This document shows, in pieces, positions 1-13,600 of a DNA stretch of 64,000 nt (within the stretch, counting starts at the first letter, position 1; every line of letters starts with the position of its first letter). The notes beneath the pieces are model-generated. The model did not search any database and was not told the origin of the DNA. It was given only the letters and a program-made list of their open reading frames with translations. The DNA comes from the human T2T-CHM13v2.0 reference genome, Homo sapiens, in NCBI RefSeq assembly GCF_009914755.1, contig NC_060933.1, one strand, 5' to 3'. Made by a program: the position numbers and the translations under genes.

Positions 1-41
1 TCAACATGGGACAAAGCTGAGACTTCTAGGTAAGGCAGACC

Positions 42-623
42 ATGGTGAAAGAGGGCACCAAGAAGAGAAAATTCTCACCCCTATTTCTAAATGCCAAAGA
101 AAATCCTCTCAACACTATTGTACTATTGAAGAAGTTGACTGTGCACCTGCAAATCATGATTCTATTCAATAGTTATTTCCTCATAAATGTGGAACATTTT
201 GAGATGATAATGACAACTTCCCTGAGATTATTTGAGTGGTCCTGGCCCAATGCCCACTTTGTGAACATGATAACCCCAGTAAAATAAGATCTGGGGAATT
301 TTTTGACTTTAAGGAACTTTGTTAATGCCATCAAATTCTCTCTGGTCATACTTGGTGAGCACATGTATAAGCTGGCCAGTGAGGTGGACCACAATTTTCT
401 GCTTTGGCTACAGTGGCTGATCCACCTCCTGGACAAGATGGAGTCCATTCTGCTTCTTAGCTAGCTCAGTGCCTTGGATGAGCTCTTCTCGGAGTCTCGG
501 CTGCTTGATAGCTTTGCCAAGCCCCTACAAGATCCTCATCTTCTGTCGAATCCCTTAGTTTCTCTAGCTGTTCAGAAAAATATTGCTAATAACATGGCCT
601 GGGCTCACATCTTGGGAGATTAA
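42..623 (+). pseudogene. Possible decayed coding fragment (processed pseudogene?), parent not recognised
   Basis: One reading frame of about 194 codons interrupted only by TAA 285-287 and TAG 462-464; codons after 288 look G/C-ending-rich for this AT-rich window; no repeat recognised. Confidence 0.3.
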
Positions 624-2274
624 GTGGCTATAGCAGATTCTGAAGGTCCTAGAAGCCTTGGCTTCATGACTGTCTCTTCTATCCTCCAGAGCTTGTGAAG
701 CAGTGTGAAGGGGGCTTGCACTTGAGGACAGAGAAGCAAGCAAACATCTGCAGGAAAAGCCAGCATCTGACTCAAAGAGAGACTTTTCCTGCCCAACTTG
801 CTCAGAAAGCAGTTTCTTCACTGAGTGGAGGAAGTAAATGTATTTCAAACTGCAGGTAGCAACCCGTTACTGGGTCAAAAATCATCTTAGTGAGTCATAG
901 TCAATATATTCTCTTTTAAATTTATGTATGATTTCTCAAGATCTAAAAATGTATTTCCTAAAACTAATAAGATACTTTTTATTGACTATTTAGCATTTTG
1001 ACTATGTGTCACTTTTAGAAAGAAGAATTTTGCCAGATCCTAAGGGTTCTCAGGCCTGTCTGTGAACACCTTCAAGTTAGGTGTCTTACTGGGTGACAGA
1101 CCAGGCTTAGGGAGATAAGCACTCAGAATTGAGAGAGTAAATATGTTATGAATTCAAGCAGCCAAACATGGAAATATTATCTCAGAAACATCAGTAAGTG
1201 AGAACTTGGGAAGATGTCTTTGCAATGCCTACCACCATGCTGTACAATTCCACACAAAACAAATGACTGCCCTTCTCAATGTTTATAGAAGGAGCTCGTT
1301 CTTTTACAAGGAATATGGGGAAGAACTGATTAACAGGAAACAGTTGACCTCTCTACTGGAATCTTAGATATTCCTTTTGATTCCAGAATCTGTAATGTTT
1401 CGTACATCTTATCACCAAACCAATATCAAAATGGGGAAATAAACATGCACTGAAAGATTTTTACAAATCAGAAACGTTTATGTTGTTTATATAATTTAAT
1501 CTCTATAATAATCTTGGTTAGAATGTATTATGCTTATTTACAAATGTGCACCCGGTAGCTCTGGAATCTAAGTAATGTACTCAAGGGCACCTGGTTGATG
1601 GGTTGTAAGGGTGACAGCCACTGCAGCACAAGCTCCACAGACTTTGTTTTCTGTATCGTGCTCTCTCTGTAATCACAATTAAAGGATCTAGTTCACCTTC
1701 TTTTGATATTGTTTATTTCTATGTTTTTTTTTTCTGTATGTTTGGTTTTGATCATGGGACTATTGGTTTCAGATTATCTTGCAGGGCCGCAAACTATGAA
1801 TACCAGTGTCAAAAGGTACATATCTATCTAGTAACTCCCTTCTGGACTCTTTCTTAAAGCTTTGATTTCATGAAAGAAGGAGCACCCTTCAAGACATTTT
1901 ACTGTTACAGGTTTGCACAAACCAAAACAAATCGTTTGGAATCTTAGTTTGAAGACTGACTACCTTAAGAGCCAGTGTCCATTATCACTTGAATTAAATT
2001 ACGTTTCTCCACAAGACAAACACTTTTGTCTAAAAAGAGTAATGTGGTGTGTAGCTCAGTGAATACTTCACTCCATTCTAACAATGTGTTTAAATTCTTC
2101 CATCTTCCATTATTCAGGACCAAAATATCCTCTCAGCAGATTATCTCAACTATCATTTCCTTCTATCTTTCTAATATTTGCTCATCTTACTACTCTTTCT
2201 GTAGTTGGGGCTGCTTGGATGTCAGTAAAAAACCCAACTCCAATCCATTCAGACAAAAAATGGAGCTATTTTAA

Positions 2275-2742
<468 letters not shown>

Positions 2743-4279
2743 AGTAGCTCCCTTTTTTAGAAAACTTTTTTAAAAATTATTTTCTAAAATAACTAATTGT
2801 TGGAGTCTGACCAGCATTAGCTGGTTAAGGGGAAGTGTTTCTTCACTGTTTCGTAGTATATCTAGTAAATGAGAAAGTCAGTGTCAAATGTCAGCACAGA
2901 TTTTTCTAAAATCGTGTTAATTTCTTCATGACAGAGTACAGAGTGAAAAAAATTGATTTGCCCATCAAGAAAGCTATGTTAAATTTTCAGTAGATCCAGA
3001 TGTGCCACCCCTAAACCCCTGCGAACATCTTTTCCACTTATTCAGCTTTCTGGGCATTACCAAAGCAGTCCCTATTCAAGCAATGTAAATAGGTAGCTGT
3101 GGTCACCAAGCACCTGCTCCAGCTCTAACTGGCCAGGTAAGCTCACCAAGGTCAGAACCAGGAGGAGTTTAAGGAAAGCATAAGATAAACATTAAGAGTA
3201 GCATTTCAATGACAGAAATACACTATTAGTATTACTGAAGTTCTGATATTGCCAAATAGAAATAGTTGGGGAATGATCCTCCAGGCATCGGCTCTAAGAG
3301 TCTTGAACTTAGTGGGAGCTTGCTTTGGTACTGTCTGTGTTTGCTGAGCCAGGCAACTGAAGGGGTGCCTTGGGCACTTGGCAGAGATGTCAGTTTGGAT
3401 GTGTCTGGCACTTAGGGTCCTTCAGTTTAGTCACAGGGCACTCTCCAGTGCATTGCAGCTGTCCTTGAAGTTTTTCAATTTGAAAAAGTGCTCAGCAGGA
3501 AAGAGGTATTACCTTCTAATGGATGGGGTTGGGAAACAGGATGACATATTTAGCTGACCTGATTGTCATAGCCAAGTAGAAAGATGCTGCTTCCTGATAA
3601 AAATAAGTGCTCACTCTGGCCAGAGATTGCTTCACAGAGTATACTGTTTCATGGTCGTCTAGTGGAATATCAAGAAAGGCCTTGTAGGCACTCTTGAAAG
3701 GATACTAGTGTTTGGGAGATCTACACAGTAGGAGCTAAAATGCTCATCCATTAGGAAGTGGAGCCACTCCTCTGTAGTATGAAATGGAATCTCAAAGGTA
3801 CTTAGGTTGGCCAGTGCTTTCATACTGTAGAGGTAATTGTTGCTGTATTGATTTTCCCAGGTCGTCTGCTCTAGCAAACTGCCATCTTAATCTGCAAGAG
3901 CTTGAGTTAATGCTTTACATTCTGTTTCCTAGAGAGTTGAGTGTCGATTTCCTCCTTCAGGAACCTGGGTATTTTCTCCCACAGTGCATGAGGTACTTTT
4001 AAAGATTTCATTTCAAAGTGCTCAACTGTCTTGTCATAAATGAATACATTTAACAGCATAAGCATCAGATGTCATTATCAGTATGATAGTCCCTCAGTCA
4101 ACCAGTTTCTTGTTTTCCCCAGAGCTTGCCTCCTTATTCCTGCCCTCATCAAGGCAATGACTCCAGGCTCCACTGCCATTTCTTAAGAAGGACATCCAAG
4201 GCAAGACTTGTCTGAAAATATGGAGACGAAAGTGACAGGGTGGAGAGTCTGGGAGAAAAAAGATATGTCTTACTGCTTC

Positions 4280-6670
4280 TGATATGGTTTGGCTCTGTCC
4301 CCACCCAAATCTCATCTTGAATTATAATCCCCACCATCCCCACATGTTAAGGGAGGAACCCTGTGGGAGGTGATTGGATCATGGTGGCAGTTTTCCCCTT
4401 GCTGTTTTCATGATAGTGAGTGAGTTCTCACAAGTTCTGATGGTTTTATAAGTGTTTGATAGTTCCTTCTGTGTCCATTCTCCTTCCTGCCACCTTGTGA
4501 AGAAGGTGTCTTGGTTTCCCTTTGCCTTCTGCCATAATTGTAAGTTTCCTTAGGCCTCCCAGCCATGTAGACCTGTGAGTCCATTAAACCTCTTTCCTTT
4601 ATAAATTACATAGTCTTGAATATGTCTTTATAGCAGTGTGACAATGGACTAATACAGTAAATTGGTACTGGTTGAGTGGGGTACTGCTATAAAGATACTT
4701 GAAAATGTGGAAGTGACTTTGGAACTGGGTAATAGGCAGAGGTTGGAACAGTTTGGAGGGCTCAGAAGAAGACAGGAAGATTTGGGAAAGTTTGGAACTT
4801 CCTAGAGACTTGTTGAATGGTTTTGACCAAAATGCTTATAGTAATATGGGCAATGAAGTTGAGGCTGAAGTGGTCTCAGATGGAAATGAGAAACTCATTG
4901 GGATCTGGAGCAAAGATCACTCTTGCTTTGCTTCAGCAAAGAGATTGGCAGTATTTTGCCCCTGCCCTAGAGATCTGTGGACCTTTAAACTTGAGAAAAA
5001 TGATTTAGGTATCTGGTGGAAAAGAATTTCTAAGCAGCAAAGGGTTCAAAACGTGACCTAGGTGCTCTTAAAAGCATTCAATTTTATGCATTCACAAAGA
5101 GATGGTTTTAAATTGGAACTTATGTTTGAAAGGGAAGCAGAGCACAAAAGTTTGGAAAATTTGTAGCCTGATGATATGATAGAAAAAAAAATCCATTTTC
5201 TAGGGAGAAATTCAAGTCAGCTGCAGAAATTTGCATAAGTAATGAGGAGCTGAATTTTAATCACCAAGACAATGGGGAAAATATCTTCAGGGCATGTCAG
5301 AGATCTTGGCAGCAGCCCCTTTTATGACAGGCCTGGAGGTCTAGGAGGAAAAATGATTTCAGAGGCCAGGCCCAGGGCCCCCTACTCTGTGCATCCTCAG
5401 CACATGGAACCCTGCATTCCAGCTGTTTCAGCTTCAGTCGTGGTTAAAAGGGGCCAAGGTATAGCTTGAGCCATGGCTTCAGAGGGTGCAAGCCCTAACC
5501 CTTGGTATCTTCCATGTGATGTTGAGCCTGCAGATGCACAGAAGTCAAGAATTGAGGTTTGGGAACCTCCGACTAGTTGTCAGAGGATGTATGGAAATGC
5601 CTAGATGTCTAGGCAGAAGTTGGCAGCAGGAGCCGATCCCTCATGGGAAACCTCTGCTAGGGCAGTGTGAAAGGGAAATGTGGGGTTGGAACCCCCACAC
5701 AGAGGCCCTACTGGGGCACTGCCTAGTGGAGCTTTGAGAAGACAGCCACATCCTCCAGACCCCAGAATGGTAGATCCACTGACAATTTGCACCATGCACC
5801 TGGAAAAGCTGCAGACACTCAATGCTAGCCTGTGAAAGTAGCTGGGAGGAGGGCTGTACCCTGCAAAGCCACAGGGACAAAGCTGCCCAGGGCCATGGGA
5901 GCTCACTTTTTGCATCAGCATGATCTGAATGTGGGACATGAAGACAAAGGAGATCATTTCAGAGCTTTAAAATTTAATGGCTGCCTTGCTGGGTTGTGGG
6001 CCTGCATGGGGCCGGTCACCCTTTTGTTTTAGCCAATTTCTCCCATTTGTGATGGGAGCACTTATCCAACACCTGTCTCCCATTCTATCTTGGAAGTAAC
6101 TAACTTGCTTTTGATTTAACAGGTTCATAGGTGGAAGGGGCTTGCCTTGTCTCAGATGACACTTTGAACTTGGACTTAGAGGTTAAAGCTGGAATGAGTT
6201 AAGACTTTGGGGGGCTGCTGGGAAGGCATGATTGTGTTTTGAAATACAGGACATGAGATTTGTGAGGGGCCAGGTGTGGAATGATATTGTTTGGTTGTGT
6301 CCCCATGCAAATCTCATCTTGAATTGTAATCCCCTTAATCCACAGGTGTCAAGGGAAGAACCTTTAGGTTGGATCCCTTTAGGATGGATCACCTTTAGGA
6401 TGGATCATGGGGGCGGTTTCTCCTTTGCTGTTCTTGTGATGGTGAGTGAGTTCTCACAAGATCTGATGTTTTTTTAAGGGTCTCTTCCTCTTTTACTCTA
6501 CACACTTTTTTCTCTCGCCTGACACCCGGTAGGATGTTCCTCTTCCCCTTCCTCCACGATTGTAAGTTTCCTGAAGCCTCCCCCATCATACAGAACTGTG
6601 AATCAATTAAAACTTTTTCCTTTATAAATTACCCAGACATGGGTATGTCATTATAGCAGTGTGAAATACA
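4280..6670 (+). mobile_element. Complete THE1 (THE1D-like) MaLR provirus: 5'LTR 4280-4656, internal 4657-6281, 3'LTR 6282-6670
   Basis: TGATATGGTTTGG...AATACA termini; THE1-int sequence including ORF remnant MEGSEEDRKIWESLELPRDLL (4753-5061); 5-bp TSD GCTTC/TCTTC. Confidence 0.93.
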
Positions 6671-9540
6671 TCTTCCCCCTGACAAGAGACAGAGGCAGCA
6701 ATACAGCAAGGATTGCAGGCATTAACTTCCTCCTCAAGGGTCAGGGCTTCTCTTTCCCCACAAGTTTGGTGTGTTTTGGCTTGCCATAAATGCACTCTGC
6801 TCTTTCAGCTTGTTTTTCCAGAATGAATCATTATAGCGGGATTTGTGTTTTTCCTGGTTTAATTTCTCAGTGGAGAGAATCCGATTAGCTCCGCTCAGCC
6901 TAGCAATGGGTTTCCCTTAGGTCAAGAGCTTGCCCTTAATCAGTTGTGGACAGATTACAACATCAGGGTACCATGGACACTTGGTAGAGAAAACTCCAGG
7001 AGTGGGGAAAAGGACTGAAATTAGTGAAATGAGGTCTCTGATTTATCTACATTAATTAAATTTCTCTGATAGAAATGATCAAAAAATTAAAAAGCATAAA
7101 ACCCAAATCTCATTTATAAGTGACTCCAGTGATTTATCGGTTAGTTATGGAAGTATGCTGACTATATAACATAGCACCTTACCTGAAGAAAACAGCTCTT
7201 TTGGATTTGTTTTTACTGATTTTCATCATGTCAAAGAGTGTGATAAGTTTTGGGAAATTTAATAAAGGTATGTTAGTGAGAACAATGTGTTCCTGTCAGC
7301 CATAGTCCCTTAATAAGGATCTTGAAACAAAATTTCTTTAATATCTGAGTTACAAGGAAATGTGTATTTCTTCTAACTGTGTTGACTTTATAATGTGGAC
7401 ATTTCCCCTCTTAAAAATGATTGTTTTTTTCCCTTCCTTTGGCTCCTAGGAAGCTCAGAACCAACTTTGTAGACCACTTACAGCAAGTGTATAGTATCTT
7501 AAGATGTGCATTCCTGTTGGCTCATCTTCCATATGGCTTTATTTTATATTTCTCTCATTGTGCCCATTTTCCATGTGTAATCTCTTCTCTCACTGACTCA
7601 GATGGTCCCTGTCATGTCCCCAGCAACTTCAGTTCCAAAGACACCCTCAAGGCCTTACTCCATCCACAGGGAAGGAGAGCTCTAAAATAGTTCAAAGTGA
7701 AAATGGAATTCTTAGGCTACCTAAATTAGGTTGCCATATTGTTTGTAGAAAGGTGGAGTTTTAATGAGAGGACTAACCAAATTAGAGCCCAAACAAAATC
7801 AGAGACATTTCTCCCACATCATTTTAATTTCCTCATTTTCTCTTATCTTCCTCTCTTGTCTCCCGAGAATTGGTATGGTGAATCAAGGGCTGGAAATGAC
7901 TTCTGTTTGGGAGGTACCCTGCATTGGACAGCCAAGTAGAAATCTGAACAGGATTTAGAGAAAAGGAAGGTTAGATCAGCTGCTCATGCTAGTTTCTGGA
8001 CTCTCCTTTAAAAGGAGCCAGGGTTACTTGGTGCACACCATAACTCCAGTTATGCTCACCAGCTTGATTGGGGCAAAGCTCTAACTAGAAAAGAAGAAAC
8101 TGTGCAAGCTTGAAGCGTGCCTTGTACCTCTGATCCTCAGGCCCTCATGGTGGTGCCAGGCAACTGGAGCAAGTATTTGGATCCCCACTGCAGAGAACAT
8201 GTATAAAAGCCACAATTTCTGATGGGCAGGGCCAAGATGGCCAACTAGAAGCAGTTGTGATCAGAGGCTCCCAACAAAAAGAACCATAACAGCATGTGAA
8301 TCCTGTAACAACAACTGAGGTATCCAGGTTCTGTCATCACAAATGACTAGGCAGCTGGCATGACTCATGGAGAGGAAGGAAGAGCAGTGTGGTGTGACTG
8401 CCAACCTGAGAACCACATGGGGCAGGGATGCCCCCACCCCCCAGCCAAGGGAGGCAGTGAGTGAGTGTGCTACCCAGCCTGGGAAAAAGTGCTTTTTCCA
8501 TAGAACTGTGCAACCCACGGATTGGAAGATCCCACTCATGAGCTCACACCACCCGGGCCTAGGGGTCTCAACCATGGAGTTGTGCAGATTCTCAACAGCC
8601 ATTAAGCTAGAATCTGCTTAAGCCTGCTGAGCTCCCGGGGGAGGGGTGACCAGCACCACAGCTGCGGCTGCCTTCTGTCTAAGCCGTTTGAGCTCCTTGG
8701 GGGAGGTGTGACAGCCAACACTGGGTCTGATCAAAGCCTAACACACTAAGCTCCTAGGGTGGGGGAAGGGCAGCAACCCTCTCTGTAGCTTCAGGCTGTG
8801 CTTTTCCCCTGCTGGAGCCAGGGAGGCTAGACGGCTTACTCCCAAGAGGTATCCCCTACAGTCCAACACACCTGCTGTGGCAGATTGCAGGGTGCCTCTT
8901 CAGGCCTGACCTTGACCCATCCCTCCTTACTGGGTGGGACCTCCCAGCAGAAACTCCGAAAACTCCAGCCAGGGGCTCAGGTACAGAACTCTGGTCTCCC
9001 TGGGCCTGAGCCCCTAGGGAGAGGGGTGGCCACAGTCTCCACAGACCAGCAGACTTAGTCTTTCCTCCTGCTAGTTCTGAGAAATCTGGGCAGCACAGAC
9101 GAATGGGTTTCCCCCCAGCAAAGCACACCCCCTCCACCAAGCGACAGTCAAAGTGCTTTGTTAAATGGTTCCTGCTCCCCATGCCACCCAACTGGGTGAG
9201 ACCCTCCAACATGGTTTGTCAGACACCCTATACAGGAGTGTTCCCACTAGTATTAGGTCAGTTCCCCTCAAGGTGAGAGATCTCAGAGAAAGGAGCAGGC
9301 ATCCATCTTTGCTGTTCTCCAGCCTCCTCAAGTGACATCTCCAGGTATGGTAGTGAACCAGATGAATAGGGCCTGAAGTGAATCACCAGCAAACCACAGC
9401 AGCCCTACAGAAGAGGGACCTGACCATTGCAAGAAAAACAAACAAACAGAAAGCAACAACAACAGCATCAACAGAAAAAAGTCCCTACAAAAACCCCATC
9501 CAAGGGTCAGCAACCTCAAAGATCGATACTAGGCAAACTC

Positions 9541-10600
9541 ATGAAGATGAGAAAGAATCAACAACAATAACAAAATATGCTGAAAACCCAAAAGGCCAGA
9601 GTGCCACTTCTCTAAATGATCACAATGCCTCTCCAACAAGGGTGCAGAACTGGACAGAGGATGAGATGGACGAATGGCCAAAAGTAGGCTTCAGAAGGTG
9701 GGTAAAAACAAACTCTGCTGAGCTAAAGGAGCATGTTCAAACCCAATGCAAAGAAGGTAAGAACCCTGATAAAAGGTTACAGAAGCTGCCAACTAGAATA
9801 ACCAGTTTAGAGAGGGACATAAATGACCTGATGGAGCTGAAAAACACAGCACGAGAACTTCATGAAGCATACACATATATCAATAGCTGAATTGACCAAG
9901 GAGAAGAAATGATATCAGAGTTTGAAGAACATCTTGCTGTAATAAGGCATGCAGATAAGATTAGAGAAAGAAGAATGAAAAGGAAGGAACAAACCTCTGA
10001 GAAGTATGGGCCTACGATTGATTGGAGTACCTGAAAGTGACGGGAAGAGTGAAACCAAGTTGGAAAACACACTTCAGGATATTATCCAGGAGAACTTCCC
10101 CAACCTAGCAAGGCAGGCCAACATGCAAATTCAAGAAGTACAAAAACATGACTAAGATACTGCACGAGAAGATCAACCCCAAGACACATAATCATCAGAT
10201 TCTCCAAGGTCGAAATTAAGGATAAAATGTTAAGGGCAGCCGGAGAGAAAGGCCAGGTCACCTACAAAGGAAAGCCCATCAGACTAACAGTGGACCTCTC
10301 AGCAGAAACCCTACAAGCCAGAAGAGAGTGGGGTTCAATTCAACATTCTTAAGGAAGAAAATTTTCAACCCAGAATTTCATATCCAGCCAAACTAAGCTT
10401 CATAAGCGAAAGAGAACTAAAATCCTTTCCAGACAAGCAAATGCTGAGGGATTTTGTCACCACCAGGCCTGCCTTGCAAGAGCTCCTGAAGGAAGCACTA
10501 AATATGGAAAGGAAAAAAACAGTACCAGCCATTGCAAAAGCACACCAGAATGTAAAGACCAATGATACTATGAAGAAACTGCATCCAGTGTGCAAAATAA
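9541..10600 (+). pseudogene. L1 ORF1p remnant (disrupted)
   Basis: Coiled-coil peptide RITSLERDINDLMELKNTARELHEAYT; downstream sequence broken by stops and indels. Confidence 0.88.
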
Positions 10601-10615
10601 CCAAATAGCATCATG

Positions 10616-13600
10616 ATGACAGGATCGAATTCACACATGACAATATTAACCTTAAATGTCAATGGACTAAATGCCCCAATTAAAAGACACAGACAGGCAA
10701 TTTGGGTAACAGTCAAGACCCATTGGTGTGCTGTATTCATGAGACCCATCTCATGTTCAAAGATGCACATAGGCTCAAAATAAAGGGAGGAAGGAAAATT
10801 TACTAAGCAAATGGAAAGCAAAAAAAAGCAGGCGCTGCGATCCTAGTCTCTGGCAAAACAGACTTTAAACCAACAAAGATCAAAAAAGACAAAGTAGGGC
10901 ATTACATAATGGTAAAGGGATCAAATCAACAAGAAGAGCTAACTATTCTAAATATATATGCACCTAATATTGGAGCACGCAGATTAATAAAACAAGTTAT
11001 TAGAGACTTGAAAAGAGACTTAGACTCCCACACAATAATAGTGGGAGACTTTAATACCCCACTGTCAACATTATACAGATCAACAAAGCAGAATATTAAC
11101 AAGGATATTCAGGACTTGAACAAGGATATTCAGGACTTGAACTCAGCACTGGATCAAGTGGAACTAATAGACATCTACAGAACTCTCCACCGCAAGTCAA
11201 CAGAATATACATTCTTCTCGGTGCCACACGGCACTTATTCTAAAATTGACCATATAATTGGAAATAAAACATACCTCAGCAAATGCAAAAGAACTGAAAT
11301 CATAACAAACAGTTTGTCAGACCACAGGGCAATCAAATTAGAACCGAGGATTAAGAAACTCACTCAAAACCTCACAATTACATGGAAATTGAACAACCCG
11401 CTCCTGAATGACTCCTGGGTATATAATGAAATTAAGGTATAAATCAAGAAGTTCTTTGAAAACAATGAGAACAAGAGACAATGTACCAGAATTTCTGGGA
11501 GACAGCTAAAGCAGTGTTAAGAGGGAAACTTATAGCACTAAATGCCCATATTAGAAAGCTAGAAAGATGTCAAATCAACACCCTAATATCACAATTAAAA
11601 GAGCTCACATAAAGTATAATAATAATAAAATTAAAAAAAAGAGCTAGAGAAGCAAGAGCAAATAAATCCAAAAGCTAGCAGAAGACAAGAAATAACTAAG
11701 AGCAGAGCAAAACTGAAGGAGATAAAGACACGAAAAACCCTTCCAAAAAAAAAATCAATGTATCCAGGAGCTGTTTGTTTTTTAAAAATTAACAAAATAC
11801 TTAGACTGCTAGCTAGACTAATGAAGAAAATAGAAAAGAATCAAATAGACACAATAAAAAATGATAAAGGGGATATCATCACTGACCCCACAGAAATACA
11901 AACTATCATCAGAGTATAGTATAAACACCTCTACCCAAGTAAACTAGAAAATCTAGAATAAATGGATAAATTCCTAGACACATACACCCTTCCATGACTA
12001 AACCAGGAAGAAGTTGAATCCCTAATAGACCAGTAACAAGTTCTGAAATTGAGGCAGCGATTAATAGCCTACCAACCAAAAAAAACAGCTCAGGGCCAGA
12101 TGGATTCACAAGCAAATTGTACCAGAGATACAAAGAGGAGCTGGTACCATTCCTTCTGAAACTTTTCCAAACAATTGAAAAGGAGGGCCTCCTCCCTGAC
12201 TCATTTTATGAGGCCAGCATCACCCTGATACCAAAACCTGGCAGAGACACAACAAAAAAAGAAAACTTCAGGCCAATATCCCTGGTGAACATCGATGTGA
12301 AAATCATCAATAAAATACTGGCAAACTGAATCCAGCAGCATATCCGAAAGCTATTCACCATGATCAAGTTGGCTTCATCCCTGGGATGCAAGGCGGTTCA
12401 ACATATGCAAATCAATAAATGTAATCCATCATGTAAAGAGAACCAATGAAAAAAATCCACATGATCATCTCAATAGCTGCAGGAAAGGCCTTCGATAAAA
12501 TTGAATATCTCTTCATGTTAAAAACTCTCAATAAGCTAGGTATTGATGGAGCATACCTCACAATAATAGCTATTTATGACAAACACACAGCCAATGTCAT
12601 ACTGAATGGGTAAAAGCTGGATATTCCCTTTGAAAACTGGCACAAGTCAAGGATGCCCTCCCTCACCACTCCTATTCAACACAGTATTGGAAGTTCTGGC
12701 CAGGGCAATCAGGCAAGAGAAAGAATTAAAGGCTATTCAAATAGGAAGAAAGGAAGCCAAATTACCTCTGTTTACAGATGACATGTTTGTATATTTAGAA
12801 AACCCCATCATCTCAGGCCAAAAACTCCTTAAACTGATAAGAAACTTCACTAAAGTCTCAAGATACAAAATCAATGTGCAAAAATCACAAGCATTCCTGT
12901 ACACCAAAAATAGACAAGGAGTGAGCAAAATCATGAATGAATTCCCATCCACAATTGCTACAGAGAGAATAAAATACCTAGGAATGCAGCTAACAAGGGA
13001 AGTGAAGGATCTCTTCAAGGAGAACTATAAACCACTACTCAAAGAAATAAGAAGAGGACAACAAACAAATGGAAAAACATTCCATTCTCATGGATAGGAA
13101 GAACCAATATCATGAAAATGGCCATACCGCCCAAAGTAATTTGTAGATTCAATGCTGGTCAAACTACCATTGACAGTCTTCACAGAATTAGGACAAACTA
13201 CATTAAATTTTATATGGAACCAAAAAGAAGCCCATATAGCCAGGACAATCCTAATCAAAAAGAACAAAGCTGGAGGCATCACGCTACCTGACTTGAACAC
13301 TCACCAAAACATCATGGTACTGGTACCAAAACAGACATATAGACCAATGGAACAGAACAGAGACCTCAGAAATAATGCCACACATCTACAACCATCTGAT
13401 CTTCAACAAACCTGACAAAAACAAGCAATGGGGAAAGGATTCCCTATTTAATAAATGGTGCTGTGAAAACTGGCTAACCATGTGCAGAAAACTGAAACTG
13501 GACTCCTTCCTTACACCATACACAAAATTAACTCAAGATAGATTAAAGACTTAAATGTAAAACCCAAAACCATAATAACCCTAGAAGAAAACTTAGACAA

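Noticed and set aside
173-848. Minus-strand ORFs 173-448 and 564-848 as genes
   Set aside because: No recognisable domain; better read as shadow frames of the plus-strand coding-like segment, or chance
4753-6032. Cluster of overlapping ORFs
   Set aside because: All lie within THE1 internal sequence; decayed MaLR ORF remnants and shadow frames
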